Below, in pieces: positions 13,706-27,374 of a stretch of DNA of 64,000 nt. Origin of the DNA: Trichosphaerium sp. ATCC 40318 (lineage: Eukaryota > Protista > Tubulinea); NCBI GenBank assembly GCA_038496445.1, contig JALMLS010000536.1, forward strand, positions 63,865 to 127,864, written 5' to 3'. The notes under the pieces are model-generated. The model saw only the letters and a list, made by a program, of their open reading frames with translations, had not been told where the DNA came from and did not search any database. Within the stretch, counting starts at the first letter, position 1; every line of letters begins with the position of its first letter. The position numbers and the translations under genes were made by a program.

Positions 13706-16700
13706 TTATGGTAAGTACAAAGCGAAATCATAGTTGCCTGAGCCAATACTGAATACCACGTGACCATTTTGAAGAACAGCTGAATTCACTCCAAGAACAC
13801 CTATTATCGTATTAGTGAGAAGCTATATTTACAATCAACAAACCTGGAACGAACTGTTTGTCTTTCCATACAATAACACCACCTTCACGAATAACGTCAT
13901 AACTCTCAATCAATGGTACCCAAACTCTCCCTGTACTGCTAAGTGGTACTGTTACGCTGTGTTTGTAAATAGGCATTGTACAACCAGTCGCCTACAGCAA
14001 AGTTAGTGCCACAGCAAAAAGTACTAGATTCCGTACTTGGACTACAAGTTTCGTTTTCATACCAAGTTCAGTCCATTGCAACAAATCTGATTTGCAAGTA
14101 CTTGGTTTTATGGATAAATCCACATATACAGGAACAGTACACTTTGCCTTTCCTGTACAAGCAGATGAAACGATTGATGTTATATTCTAATTAAAATAAA
14201 GTCAGAAAAAAAGAAGAAAATACTGTTTTCTCTGTTCGATTGTTCTTACAATTCCTGTGCATCCACCGTGTTGATAGTTACCACAATAACCAAACGGAAA
14301 TCCATAATCAGCAAATTGAATATCGCTAATGTAGCCCTTAAAAGTCTTATCAGTATAAATAGAAACGTTGAATCAGAAAACTCTTTCTGAGCTCGTACTC
14401 CGTTTTCACAAGCAAGCTCTAAATTGTCTCCAAAATAAGCTTCTGCGCATATTGGTATAGATTCTGATGCACTAAAAATTTGCCAATTTGATGCGACTTC
14501 TCCCTTGTATGTCCTAATACTTGACGAAACACTAAAAAATACACTTATTCAAAAGGTATTCAAAAAAGTTGTTTTAATGAATTCAAAAAAACCTTGTCAG
14601 TCTGTGTTTTACTTCAGTAACACGTGGATAAAACTCTATTTCATCAAAACCTATTGATCCTTCTGCCTAAATCCTCATAAGTCGGAAATATTCTCTGAGT
14701 TTTTTTGAAAGGAAATAACACTCAAAAAAGTGTTTGACTTTGTGTTGTACCAAGTTAATGCCAGCCAAAGCTTTATAGCACCAATCTGTAAAAGAACATA
14801 GAGCTTGATGATTTCTACTCAATACATTATCTTTATAAGCATACCAGCTCTCCCATATCGTTGTTGCACCACTCTAAAAAACAAAGAACTTTCAGCGAAA
14901 AAAAACACTGTGTACAAATATCTTTCTTACTTTTATCATATACGCAAATGAAGGATACGTATCTTGAAGAAGCGCATCTAAAGCTACTTTTGTGTAACCC
15001 AAGTTGGTCAACTCCAGGAACATCCATTTGGTGCCTGAAATAAAGGACATGTTTCAGTTATTTCTTTTGAAGTGTGCCACTGAGTACCGTGAATGCCTGT
15101 TTGTATATGACCGGATTGATCATCTGTAATTGTACTCACAGTACGCTGTATAAGATCATCTTTAGATTCTTGAGGCACAAGGTCTTTATACAACGCAATG
15201 ATTTGCTCTGTTTCCCACCTTACAAAAAATGTCGGTTAATAGGTTTTTTTTGAAAAGCTTTCCGACGTACCCATGGCCATAAGTCATTGTAGTTTTATTA
15301 AAAAAAGTTTCCCATGAGCTTCGAACACGGCTTGCTTGTTTCTTTTTTAAATGTTATTGGTGTTATAATGTACACAATGTACCTTAAGGAAAGAAGCATC
15401 TTTTTGTTTGTCAAGTTTTTCAGCAAATTCAGCAACAATCTCCAATTCTGACAACATGTAGAACTTGTATGTATCTTAGATAAGGAGATAGTACTCTATT
15501 TAGATTTCTTACAGAAGATAGAACACTTGATGCACAACATCCTTTCTCTAATCCAAGCCAGTCACCATAGAACGAATCCATAAGTAATCCTGTTTTGTTA
15601 TCAGATTGAGAAATAAGAGACTCAACATACTAGATAGAAAACATTATGTCATGAAGATGCACAAGATAAATGATATCCTACGCACTTTATACACGCCATC
15701 ATACATCTCGTTAACTATTTCCAAGTCGCCAGTGTATAAATACAGATAGTATAGATTGAATGTATATCCAGCTCCCCAAGCTGGATCAGCAGGTGTTCTT
15801 CCAAGGCCATCTGCATTAGGAATAACCTCTGGTACTGAACCATTATTTGTACTATTGTAAAACACTTGATTATCTCTTATATCATGCACCCATTTTGTTA
15901 GGGCTACAAAGGCATCAGAGAACAAAAAAACTGATGCAAAGAAGGGGAAAAAATGTCTGTACCAGCGCCCATGCTGAACTCCTTCATATTCGCTTCTAGA
16001 GGCAAAAAAGAGTCGGCCATCCACCCTCTACGTTCTCTCTGTAAATTGTAAGTGGATCAGAGGCAGGTTTGGTGGTTTTACTTGTGGACAATCAGTTGGA
16101 ACATTCAACCAATTACTCAGTCTTGCATAAACTGATGCAGATTGTAAATCGTTCAATATTGGTTCAGAAAACACGATATTTCCTGTTTGTTTTAAATCTG
16201 TATGTAAAAAATACGCTGTAAGTGTAGACCTTGTCGGTACACCACTATAACCAACTAAAGCGACATATCTAACAGGAATAAAATAAGAATATGTTCACAA
16301 AAACAAAACCAGAAAAGTGCAGCTACCTGAAACCAAATGACGAAAATTTTGGTTTGTATACTTCTAACCCGCTTCCTTTACATATATATTTTGTAACCTC
16401 TAGAACATTGTTCCGTTCAGAATCAAACTGAAGCGTTAAGTCATTGTTAGTTGATAAAAACTCTGAATGAAATAACTCAATCTGTCTTCCACGGGAACCT
16501 TTTGCAAAGTCATAAGTATTAGATGTGATTTGAAGATCTTACATTGTATCTTGATACTACAATAACCGGCAATTGTTTGGCCAAAGTCAAATATGAACAC
16601 CGAGGCATTGCTAGGAGACTGCCAAACTTTCAATGCTGAAAAAGTTTGTGTTTCTCGAATTGGAGGCATCATCCTTAGAACTGTTACTAACATACTGCTA

Positions 16701-18187
16701 CGATCTCACCTACAAAGCTCGCATGTCTCCTCTTTTGCTTAATGGTGTAGAAGAAGCGGAGGCATATGTCCAAGCACTATCATTAAAGCCAACATCATCC
16801 CAACCCTGCAAAAAAAAATTCAGGAAATCACAAATCATTGCTTTTTTTGTAGTACAGTTTGTTCTAATCGAGCATCATAGTGTTCGCCTGCATACACATC
16901 GTTCATTATTATCGGGCCCTAGAGAACCAAATTAAGGAATAAATAGAGAATATCAAGCTAAGAGAGAAGCAGATACACAAATCAAAGTAGCTGTGAGCGA
17001 TGAACATCTTTGAGCTCACCTTGGATACTTTCCACTTTGTAGATGTCGGCACGCGTATCGTTTCACCAGATTTGTATTTGATGGACAAAAATGCAGATAC
17101 TCTGTTAGATGCTTCAAGAAGCTCTGAGAACAAAGGTTCATTGTACCTAAGCGAAGTTCATACAATATACTACTTATTTAAAGATTATACCATCCATTGC
17201 CTAACTCAACGCCAATCACGTTTTCACCGTCTTTAATTGCATCTGTAACATCATATACATCATATAAAATTGTTTCACGAAACGTTGTAAAATGACCCAG
17301 GACATGATCACCCACTTTAAGTCCATTCATCCTTGCTTCATACCTACAATTAAAAACACTTAAAATTTGCTAGCTCTGTATAATGTACCATCCCAGACCC
17401 ACTATGTAAAGGCGTGCAACACTGACACTTGTTTTTTTAACCATGAAAGCTACAACAAATAAGAGAATCGAAGGCCGAAGAAAGTTATAGCAAGATATTG
17501 AGTGACGTACTGCTACGAAAGAGGTCACCACCAGTTATCCATGATGCACCACTATCCTCCCATTCATATCTACCTTTAATAGCCATATCGAATCTAGCGA
17601 CTTTACTCCATGGTGATACAGTATCGCCATCCCACCAGCGAACTTTCCTATTTTTGTATAAACTTGTGAACTTTAGTTTAGAGACGAGTACCAGAAGTAT
17701 GATTGGTCTGAGAGCAAATCCTCCGCTTCTTTCGGGTATTTGATATTGTTAGATTGGGAAGATACAACCTCGGGAATATGTTAAGACAATTATGGACGTT
17801 TTGAAAAACAAAAAAAAGAAATACTGTCTTTTGTAATCACGTGATGGTTGGATACCTTTTTTGAATCCCATGTATCACCTAGCAGAACGCCTGAATCCGT
17901 CGATACTTGTATTTGATACGCATATTGCGATTGGTTTCGTTCTAATCAATTTATCCGTAATACACTGCATTACACACGCTACCTGATGGTGTGGAGTACC
18001 AAGAAAAGCGAGGATTAAACCTATCAACGCCAATTACAGGACTTTCCATGTATTCAACCAGTAACTGCTGTGGAGGGTACAATACTCTACTGCAATGCGC
18101 TAGAAAACAGTTTTAGATAAAAATAAGGTAGATTCGCCCACCATAAACCAAAAGCAGGATCAAGAACAAGACAAAAGCGTTTGACAT
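13706..18187 (-). CDS. Secreted alpha-L-rhamnosidase (GH78) with SUEL-type lectin insert, many exons
   Basis: Signal peptide, FDFGQTIAGY, VPTDCPQ/RERRGWMAD, WGAGY, C-terminal IGSGNYDF. Lectin motif ISDIQFADYGFPFGYCGNY. Confidence 0.9.
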
Positions 18188-18432
18188 GGTCCTAGTAACG
18201 TGTGATTCAAAAACCGTTCATAAAATCATGTGATTAGTCATTCTTAATTCAACTGAGGTGGACTTAAGAGCTGCACTAACTATAACCAAAACAGTACTAC
18301 TGGTCCAACCAGCCAGAACTTAGCGATGACAATCGAGATAAAACGCTTCCCGTTCGATTTTGCGGAAATCCTTGACTAATCCTTGACTGAGATAAGCTTT
18401 TTTTATTGAAAGTAAATCTGTTTGATAACAAG

Positions 18433-19052
18433 ATGTCTGAAACTGAGGGAGGAGAATCGAAGAAATATGGCTGGAAGGAAATTGGATTGTTTATCGGATG
18501 TGGCGTATTAATAGTACAGTTTGGAATTAATTATAACATGAAAGCTTATTTTCCTAGCTTTTGGGTATTATAAACTTCATATTCGGTACAGGCATTCCTT
18601 TTGTCGGGTATATTGTTGGTATGTCTTCAAAAGCGTCCATATCACTAACAAACGCTGGAAAGGTGCATGTCAAGTTATTGTTGGCATCTTTGGAATTGTC
18701 GGAGTTTTTTTTAAGAGCAAAAAGCTCGTTTGGTTCGTATCCGCACTACTACGCATTTTTTAGCGTCAATTACGTGTTTTTGGCGTAAAGCAGCTTTTTT
18801 TTTGTTAGAATTCCTTAACGTGCTTCGTTAATGCTTGGTGTCGCGATTTTGTGTATACTCACTGTCATACAACTAATTATTTGGTTGTTTACTTCAAACA
18901 AGAAGGTGATCAACTTGGTTTTAACGCTCATCGCGTTTGTGTTCTACGTGCGTACAAACTAAGTGAAAATACGCCACAACAAACTAACTGTTCATCAGGG
19001 AGGCATGTTTCTACTTTCATGGCTATTCCGCGACCGCAAATTGTTTTACTAA
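18433..19052 (+). CDS. Small multi-pass membrane protein (3-4 TM), orphan; one junction unresolved
   Basis: MSETEGGESKKYGWKEIGLFIGCGVLILLGIINF...GVFFKSKKLVWF and a last exon GGMFLLSWLFRDRKLFY* joined by GT-AG introns. Confidence 0.6.
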
Positions 19053-19393
19053 AGCAATTATAATGTAACAAAGCACGTTAGTGCTTAGGTAAGTGATGCA
19101 TAAGTATTGGACATACTATTGTCCATTTCACTTTACACATACATAAACAAGTATTACATAAAGAGTTGTTATTATCACAATGGATTCATGCCAGCTGGCG
19201 GTTGTAGTAATGAGCATTTCTTAACAACAATTCGCCTCAACATCAGGCAGCAACGCTTTTCTGGTGTAGCTACTGTTGTACGAATTCATTCTCTGTTGTA
19301 GTTGTGTCGGAAGAAAAACTTGCAAAGTTTTTGTAGTCTCAGTTTTTAGTTTAAGGACGCTCTTTGCCTCAATTAGATTAACAGCGAAGAGTC

Positions 19394-22100
19394 ATGTTAC
19401 AGAGATTACTTGCCCGTAGCGTCTGTATTTTCTTGTTTTCGATAGCACTTTCCAGTACTATTGTCAGTTCGTCTTGCTCTGCAGGACAACGAGAAATAAC
19501 TATTACGTTCGACGAGAACATCGTGCCTGGTTCAACCGTTACGGATGAATACTACGAAAGCTCTAAAATATACTTTGAATCCTTCGGTGCGTACTGCTTT
19601 GCATTCTAAGCGATGTCTATCTTTTGTCGAAGCACTATTATCTCTAACTCTGGTAAAGATCCCACAAGCCATCCAGCAACCCTGTTTAACTCCACCAACC
19701 CACCTTTAAACGCTTTGGCTTTTGGCACTCCTAATGAAAACTATGGTGGTGTTGGCGTAGGCCCAGGTGGCTCAAACAACAGGTACGTGCTCTAGGTAAC
19801 GCTGGCACTTCTTGTAGACTAGTGCTAAATATCGCGTAGACTTGAGTTGCATCAAATTTTAATCCTAGGACAACCAGCAGACAACGCACCGTACATTGTA
19901 CGCTCAAGCACTAATTGCTACAACCATTAATACGTTTTTGTAGAATGGAGGAATTCTACGTCTTCAATTCAGCACAGATGTTAGTTTATTGAGCTTGCAA
20001 ACTATCAGCGCTAACAGCGATTGGGAGCTTAGACTGTATACAGAAAACGATGTCCTAATTGACACGTATTCTCCCTTCCAGACAACTCTGAACAGCGTTG
20101 AGTTTCTTGAAATATTTAGAGATGACGTTCGCTATGGTATTATAAATACAACAGAAGCTTTTGGTATAGACAATATACATTACTGCGTTATAGTACGTCA
20201 CTGCGTCTTTACTATCAGTACTTTAAGTGAGCTGTCGCTTATTTACTTTGCTATTTAGGACGTTTGTGACGACCTTGATGGTAGTTCGGGTATGTCACTT
20301 GAGTATAAGATACTCAATCATCCAGATAGCGTTAATGATTTTGGTGGAGATGCGTTCGGTACGCAGTAACGTACTAATTGTAAATATCTTCTTTTTAGTT
20401 TTTTATTTTTATTTCTACAATCCTACTTACACTCTGCAACAGGGTTACGCCTAGATAATTTCTTCCACATAATCTCAGAACTTCCTCTTCGATACACCAT
20501 GCTTAATGCAACCTTTGATTTCGAATCAGATGCTGCTGGTACAAAACCAGTCATGAAGATAAACGCTACAGATCTTTCTATTAATATAAAGGGAGAAATT
20601 ATGCTTCAGCAACTGGACGAACTATATTGCATAGACTTTACATACCCTTCCGTAAGCTTCCTTTTTAAAACATAACAACTTTCTCTTTAATAACATGCTG
20701 TATAGATAGCATTCGGTAATCAAACCACTGATTGGCTTGTTTCCGCTCTAGATGTACCTTTTCAAAAGTTTCATCTGTACAGAGGATTTTGCAATGATAC
20801 ACCACCTGAAGTAAAGGTATCACTTCTACAATTTGCGCACAATGAACCAAACGAATACTTCTTTTTAGAACAAAGTACGCTACAATGTTCTCCTGCTTAT
20901 CTGAACTTGTGTAGATTATAGAAACTATAGCGGTATATCAGGTTACGGAGGACTCTCTACATCTTATGACATTCTAGAATCTGAAGAATTTGACCCCGAA
21001 CAGTAAGTGCTAGTAATTTTCTTTGAACCTTAAATTTGTCCTTTAGGTACTTTTTATTTACTGTTGAATGTGCCACCATTGATCCTACTCTTGCACCCAC
21101 TACTGAACCTCCAACGACCGAACCACCTACTACTGAACTGCCAACCACTTCACCACCAACCACAACACCACCTACTACACAACCGCCTATGACCCTACCG
21201 CCAACTACGGTTGTACCAACCACGGAGCGACCTACTGAAGCACCAACTATGATACTATCACCGCCCCCAACTCCTACTCCAACATCACAGCCCACAATGT
21301 ATATTCCAAGAACGTGCCCTAATGGTACTAATTCAAGATATGTAAGCTTTGATGATATTACAGCTGGTGAACTAGTTATGAATCACTACAACACATCCAA
21401 TATAATATTCAGCAACTTAATAGAAAAAAGATCACTTACAGTCATCAATTCATCAACAACAAGCTACACTGATTTTACAACTCCCGGTACAGGGATAGGA
21501 AACAAGTGCGCCAATAAATCTTGTTACCGTTACCTTTTTAACAAATGTATTAGTGGAATTGCAGGCAACGTTTTAATACCTTCAGAGAATGGTATCCCAA
21601 TTACAAACGGATACTACAGGCTTCAGTTTACAAGAAGAACATTATTCCAATCCTTAGAAATCTTTGACTTGGATAAAGATGAATACCTTCATCTATTGTT
21701 CTACAATAACTATATTCTTCTCGCTGAAATACCCGCAGTGTCTTTGGGTGATAATAGTTTTCAAAGACTTGAAACATTCTTTACAGAGACAATAACAAGA
21801 ATAGATATAGTAACAAATGGCACACATGCTATTGACAATATTATCTTTTGTACATATCCAGAAGACGTATCTGTATTTGCTCCTTTTGGTACTACAACAA
21901 GAGGTAAGGTTGCACTACCTGTAGCTATATCTGTTGTACTATCATTACTGTTTGTCGTTGGTATTGGTGCATACTGGTTTGTTACAAAACCAGGTGAGGA
22001 GGCACCTCCTACAATTACACCAAGTGAAATGAACACAGCAACTATTAACCCTCTTTTCAAAGGAGCAGGTGTATCGTTTACATCACCAATCCATGTTTGA
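19394..22100 (+). CDS. Type I cell-surface glycoprotein with duplicated beta-rich domain, P/T-rich stalk, TM and NPLF tail
   Basis: Signal peptide, two similar domains ending FGIDNIHYC and HAIDNIIFC, PTTEPPTT repeats, TM helix, cytoplasmic INPLF. Confidence 0.8.
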
Positions 22101-22197
22101 CTTGAATAAGTCAAAACTCTACTTAAATAAATGCCTGTCATTTACCTTTACCACTTTATTTTGATGACATTATGTACAACTGGCCGATGAGACAACC

Positions 22198-22276
22198 ACT
22201 AAGACTGCTCACTCCTTTGTCAGTTGTAAGCTTACAGCCATAAAAACTCATGACTTTAAAACCAACCAAGTGTAAT
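22198..22276 (-). pseudogene. F-box/LRR gene fragment
   Basis: aagactgctcactcctttgtcagttgtaagcttaca...accaaccaag closely matches 10861-10930 and 57499-57570. Confidence 0.8.
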
Positions 22277-22356
22277 ACAACGTCGACGTGTTTTGAGGCC
22301 TCAAGACTAATGTTGAAAAAATGACTTTTTGTAAAACTAAGCGGTGTAGAGTTCGA

Positions 22357-25300
22357 ATGGCAAACGCTCCAATAAGAAGTGATTCTATAAACAAATTACT
22401 GTGGTACCATTCTAAAGGAGCCCTTACACATCTAATCACGTTTTCTAACTCCCAAATACAAGGCTAGCAGCTGAATCAGATGACTTGATAAAGGTTAACC
22501 AATTATTGAGCGGTTCAACAGAAGAACCAAGCGAAAGGCTGTACAGCACCTTTTTTTGAAAGTTGTTTTTTCTAACACGTGTTAAAGGCTTGGAAAGCTC
22601 TTGGCTCTTGTTTGTAGCCATGGTAGATTAAAAGTCTTGAAATATCTTCTATCTTTTAGTAACATTAACGTCGACGTACTCATTGGCGAGTATAGCACGT
22701 GCGTAAATGGAAAACAAAGTAGTTCGTTTTATTCTCTGAAAGACGTATTGCAGGCCTCCTCTTTATATTGCTTGTGCCAAGTACGTATACTCAATGATCT
22801 ATGTAAATACTTAGTGTGTAAACTAGTCATCATGAATCTGTTGCCAGTGCGCTTATAGAAAAAGGTTGTAATGTAAATTTGGGTGACTGTCGTGGCAAGT
22901 CTTAGACCGTAGATTAACGTTACTGTTTGCTTACTCTTTCCCTCAGGCATTACACCCTTGAGGTAAGAATCGTGCAAATAACTAAAATGTAAGAATTAAG
23001 ATGACCAGGATAGCATGTGAGAGAGGATTAGACAAAATAACCCGAATGCTATTAGAGGCTGGTGCTGATCCAAAGTACAAAATATAACAATCGATTCATG
23101 CTCACCTTTTTGTTGTATTCCTCTCACCAATGACAGCTTGAGTTACTCGCCACTTATGCTTGCATGTTCGTAATATTTATACACTCTATTTTATTTCATT
23201 GATGTCTAAATAGCCCTCTATGGACATAAAGAATGTATCAAAGTACCACTTGTTTATTTACATGTTACAAGCTTATAGCTGTTAGTTGCTTCTAGAATCG
23301 GGAGCCAAAGTGGAGACAGCTCGTCCACTTGATGGTAGTTACTTTAGCATATGACACCATTAATTAAATCATAGGATACACCGCTATTCTTTATGCTTGT
23401 ACTACTGGAAATGCAGACGTTGTTCGAACACTATTTAAAGCACATAAACGAGAAGATACAAAAAGTATTGTTGTGTCGCCTTCTAAAGAAAGGCACGTGT
23501 AAAAGTTCATGTAAACATGGTAAAAACTAACGCCATTTTAGGCACACGTGCTTGATAGTAGCAGCACGGTTCGGTCATGCAAATCTAATATCATTGTTAC
23601 TTTCAAGGCACAGCATTGGCGTGAATTGGCAAGCATATAAAGGAGAAACAGCATTGTACTTTGCAACACAAAACGGTACATCACTAATCCTTCATTGCAC
23701 AAAAAGGTTGATTGATTATGCTGTACAGGTCACCTTGATGTAGTACTACGTCTTCTACGTGTTACTTCTATACAAGTAGATTTACATTGTGGAAGTGATG
23801 CAGAAACAGCTCTGTGCTGTGCCGTCAAAGGTGAGTGTGCATGTTTTAAACCCGGGAATAATAGATTAACCTTGTCTTTGCGTCTAGAGGGACACGTTGA
23901 TATTGTAAAGGCGCTCCTTGCCTCAGGTTCATCTATGTACGCCGTAGATGGATATGGCCACACGATATTGTATTATGCTGCACGAAAGGGCAATCACAGA
24001 TTAGTGCAACTTTTCATTACTCTTCTGAAGGATGATAACACAACAACATTCCAAAAGAAATTTCCTGATATAGAGATTAGTGGGCTAATGTCAAAAGTAG
24101 CTCAACAATATAACACGTTTGATTACAAGAGAGGTAATATGAAAGTATAACGCTTACTAATATTGGCTTATTTACAGGTCTTGTTTCTCGGGCACCTTGG
24201 ATGTTCTCTGATAAAATGCTATTCCTTAAAGGATGGAATCTTGTTGCAGCTTCAAAGGTGAGATGAAGGCACCCTCTTATAGGAGCTTTGGAGGATGATC
24301 TTGTAAGGACAGTGTTGATTTTGATATAGGAGGTATTGTCTGTTGACTATAGAACGTTTAATTTATTTCATCCTGATATGATGAATGTACCTGCAGTCAT
24401 GTATGAAAGAAACCAGCTTTTAAGCATGCTTGATAAACTCGGAGGCTTAAAAACATCCATCAAACAATGGAAGGTAAATATCGATAACACTAACATCATC
24501 TAATTGAGTTTTATTCAAGGTAACTAGTGCAATAGCAATTGACAACCCAGGTACAGTTCCTAGTGCTAGAGCACAAGCTGTTCGAAAAACGAACCAATAG
24601 TAAATTCTAACAAATTAGGAAGTAGCCTGAAACCACGTGGTTACAAGTTGCCCTTTTTATTTTTGAAGGTTCTTAGTTAACTGCTGTTTTAGGGCTTCGA
24701 TTGAGATTTGAGAATTGTATGGAAGCTATTGCTGATAGACATAGGTTTGGTTTTTTTGGTGACTTGTATGCCCTAATTTTTTTTCGAAGGAGTCTTCCTG
24801 ATTACTTTTGTGCAAAGTGGAATGAAGATGAAAAAAAAAGTCTTGTAATGAAAAAGTTTCAACAAAAAATAGATGCTGTTACTTGGAACGCAACAAAGAT
24901 GGTACAATATTCTTGCTATCACCAAAATTTGCTAATAGTCTTTTTAGTTGCCTGGTAAGGTACAACCAAGTCCAAGACTTGATGCTGTTGATAATAATTC
25001 GATATGTAGTACCTTCCTTCAGTTGAAGTTATGCCTGTGGTACATGGTACAAACAGTGATTCGGTAAAACCCCTTTGCCATACTGGTTTTGGCATAGCTA
25101 GGCGAGAAGGTGGAGATGGCGGTTGGTATGGACAAGGAATCTAGTACGCACTTTTTGACTAACAATGCAGGTTGTTTTTTCAAATACTCACATGTCCTAG
25201 CTTTACTTCTTATCTTCATTATGCCTTGAAATATGCACCTGGAAATACAAAGGTACTAGTTGTTTTTGAACCAGTAAATAGAAACTAGTGAAATGAGACC

Positions 25301-25735
25301 AGTTTACTTTTTTTTGTTGTAGACAATTGTTGTTGGCTACGCCATTCCAGGCAACACATTCCCAGGTAACCTTAAACATGTGCCACATCAGTTGATTTGA
25401 ATTAACATATTAATAAGTTACTGAGTCACACAGAGATGAAGAATTAAGCTTACTTGGGAAACCAATAAAACCTGGTTATCAAAGGTAAAAATCAAAATCG
25501 GTAAAAAAATTGTTTGTCTTAAAAATATTTAGTCATTATGTTGCTGTCAAGAAGAGTGGCGCATTACCAAGAAGATACAAAAGTGATATGGAAAGGGGAT
25601 TGTTTGATGAACTGGTAATACCTCAAGGTGCTCACATACAAGAACAATGTGAGCTTTTTACATTTTGTTATAGATGCTCAAGCCATTCCAAAATACGTTG
25701 TAGTACTTGACGAGGTCGATTCAAATCAAGATTAA
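22357..25735 (+). CDS. Ankyrin-repeat protein with C-terminal PARP-like ADP-ribosyltransferase domain
   Basis: Multiple ankyrin repeats (GETALYFATQNG, GHTILYYAARKGN). Catalytic motifs PVVHGT, GWYGQGIYFT...ALKY and FDELVIPQDAQAIPKY. Confidence 0.85.
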
Positions 25736-26020
25736 AAACCGGAAGTGCTACCTCTAAGAACGAGATAATGGTAAACACTCACAGTTGTGACAAACAAAAC
25801 GGAATACGTGTGTAGTCACTACTAAACCATCTCACCCAAATACTTCTTAATAAATACTAACACGTGCACTGTTGAAAGACTGTTAACAGCGCTTCAGTAA
25901 TAGACAGTTTGTGTAATTGAACAAGGCAACAGACATACATCAAATTTCACCAAGGGGAATCGATTGCAAGTGAACAAATTAGATTTATTGAGTTCCAATA
26001 ACAGAAAAATGTTTTTAGCA

Positions 26021-27301
26021 TCATTTCGATAATTGGGCTTCATATCTTTCCAAGGCAGCTAAACACCCTTTTTGTTTAGCTATTTCTTCATCTGTTAGGA
26101 CTTTTTCAGAAAAATAGAAAGCTAAAGGGGAATGCACTTTAATATCAAGTGTGCGCAAAGCCAACTCATTCATAATTTTGGATCTTTCTTCATCATTTCC
26201 TGGATCACCTTTTCCGCCAATCACATTGATGTCAACTACCAATTGTTTTGCCAAAGCCAAGATATGAGGGTCCTTTTTGCATCCTGGCATTATGGTCTTC
26301 GTAACGAGGCTTTCCTACCAAGAAATTTAAAAAAAAACGAAACGTCAATCAACCTTTAAGGTTTTGCTTCAGAAAAAATCTGACGTTTCTCGTACAAGGG
26401 TAACCAAGCCATAATCAAAAGTATGCCCAATAAGTGTCTTCTTGACAACTGCTACAAGCAAAAAGAAGCTTGTAGTATAGCGCACTTTCCTTCCCCATAA
26501 ATAATCACCAGTGTACTCAAGGGTATCAAGTTTACCTTCTTTCCAAGTCGAGGAAAACGTGACGCCATTATACAAAGTTGTAGAAGTGACACGTGGAGTT
26601 TTCTGCGCGTCATCACATAATATCGCTGCACACACTTCATGACCCTTCGCTACAGCCACTTCATGCGGCGTTTGCTTGTCTGTAACGTCACGAATGCTTT
26701 TATCCGCACCGTGCGCTAATAACAGCTGTGCGAGTTTTGGATGGTCGTAAAACGCACAACGGTGTAAAGGAGTGTATCCCATGTGTGTTTTACAGTTGGG
26801 ATCTGCGCCTTTTTCCAATAAAACTTTAGCGACAGCAAAACAACCTCTCCAACAAGCTTGATCGAGTGCTGTTTCACCAACAGAAGTTTTAAGTTCGGTA
26901 CGGTGTCCATTGTCCAAAAAATGCTTTACAACATCAGCGCGGTTCATTTGAGCTGCCAGATGCATCATCGTTAACGTATCGCCAATATCAATCTCTGGCT
27001 TGCCTACAACGCTGATAGCTTGTTTTATGTCGTCAATGGAGCAACGCATAGATACAATGCTGTGTACGTTACTAACACCTTCAAAAAGCTTGTCCAAGTC
27101 GTCGGTTGACATGTGGTTACTGTTGTGTAGATTTTCTAATTCTAAGTAATGTTGTTCAAAATCAGGAACAGTTTTTCTCAGAATTTTATTTCGTGGATTA
27201 GTTCCTGAACCTAGTCCAAAATAGTTGTTGTGCTGGAAAAAAACAGCTGACGTATTCGCATTCAGAGTGCGTTGAACCTCACAACAGTTGTAAATTGACA
27301 T
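26021..27301 (-). CDS. Ankyrin-repeat protein with uncharacterised N- and C-terminal regions
   Basis: About 4 ankyrin repeats (GETALDQACWRG, GYTPLHRCAFYDH). Likely start MSIYNCC at 27301. Introns near 26330-26490. Confidence 0.8.
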
Positions 27302-27374
27302 CCTTGTAGTCACTGACTGAGATAGTCTTTCTAAATTGGAAAAGTCAACATTTTTATTGTATAGCTCTTTGTCG

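Noticed and set aside
15990-16025. Apparent frameshift in the rhamnosidase after GWMAD
   Set aside because: Recounting the run (6 nt) gives an intact frame DSFLPLEANMKEFSMGA, with an intron joining to ALTKW.
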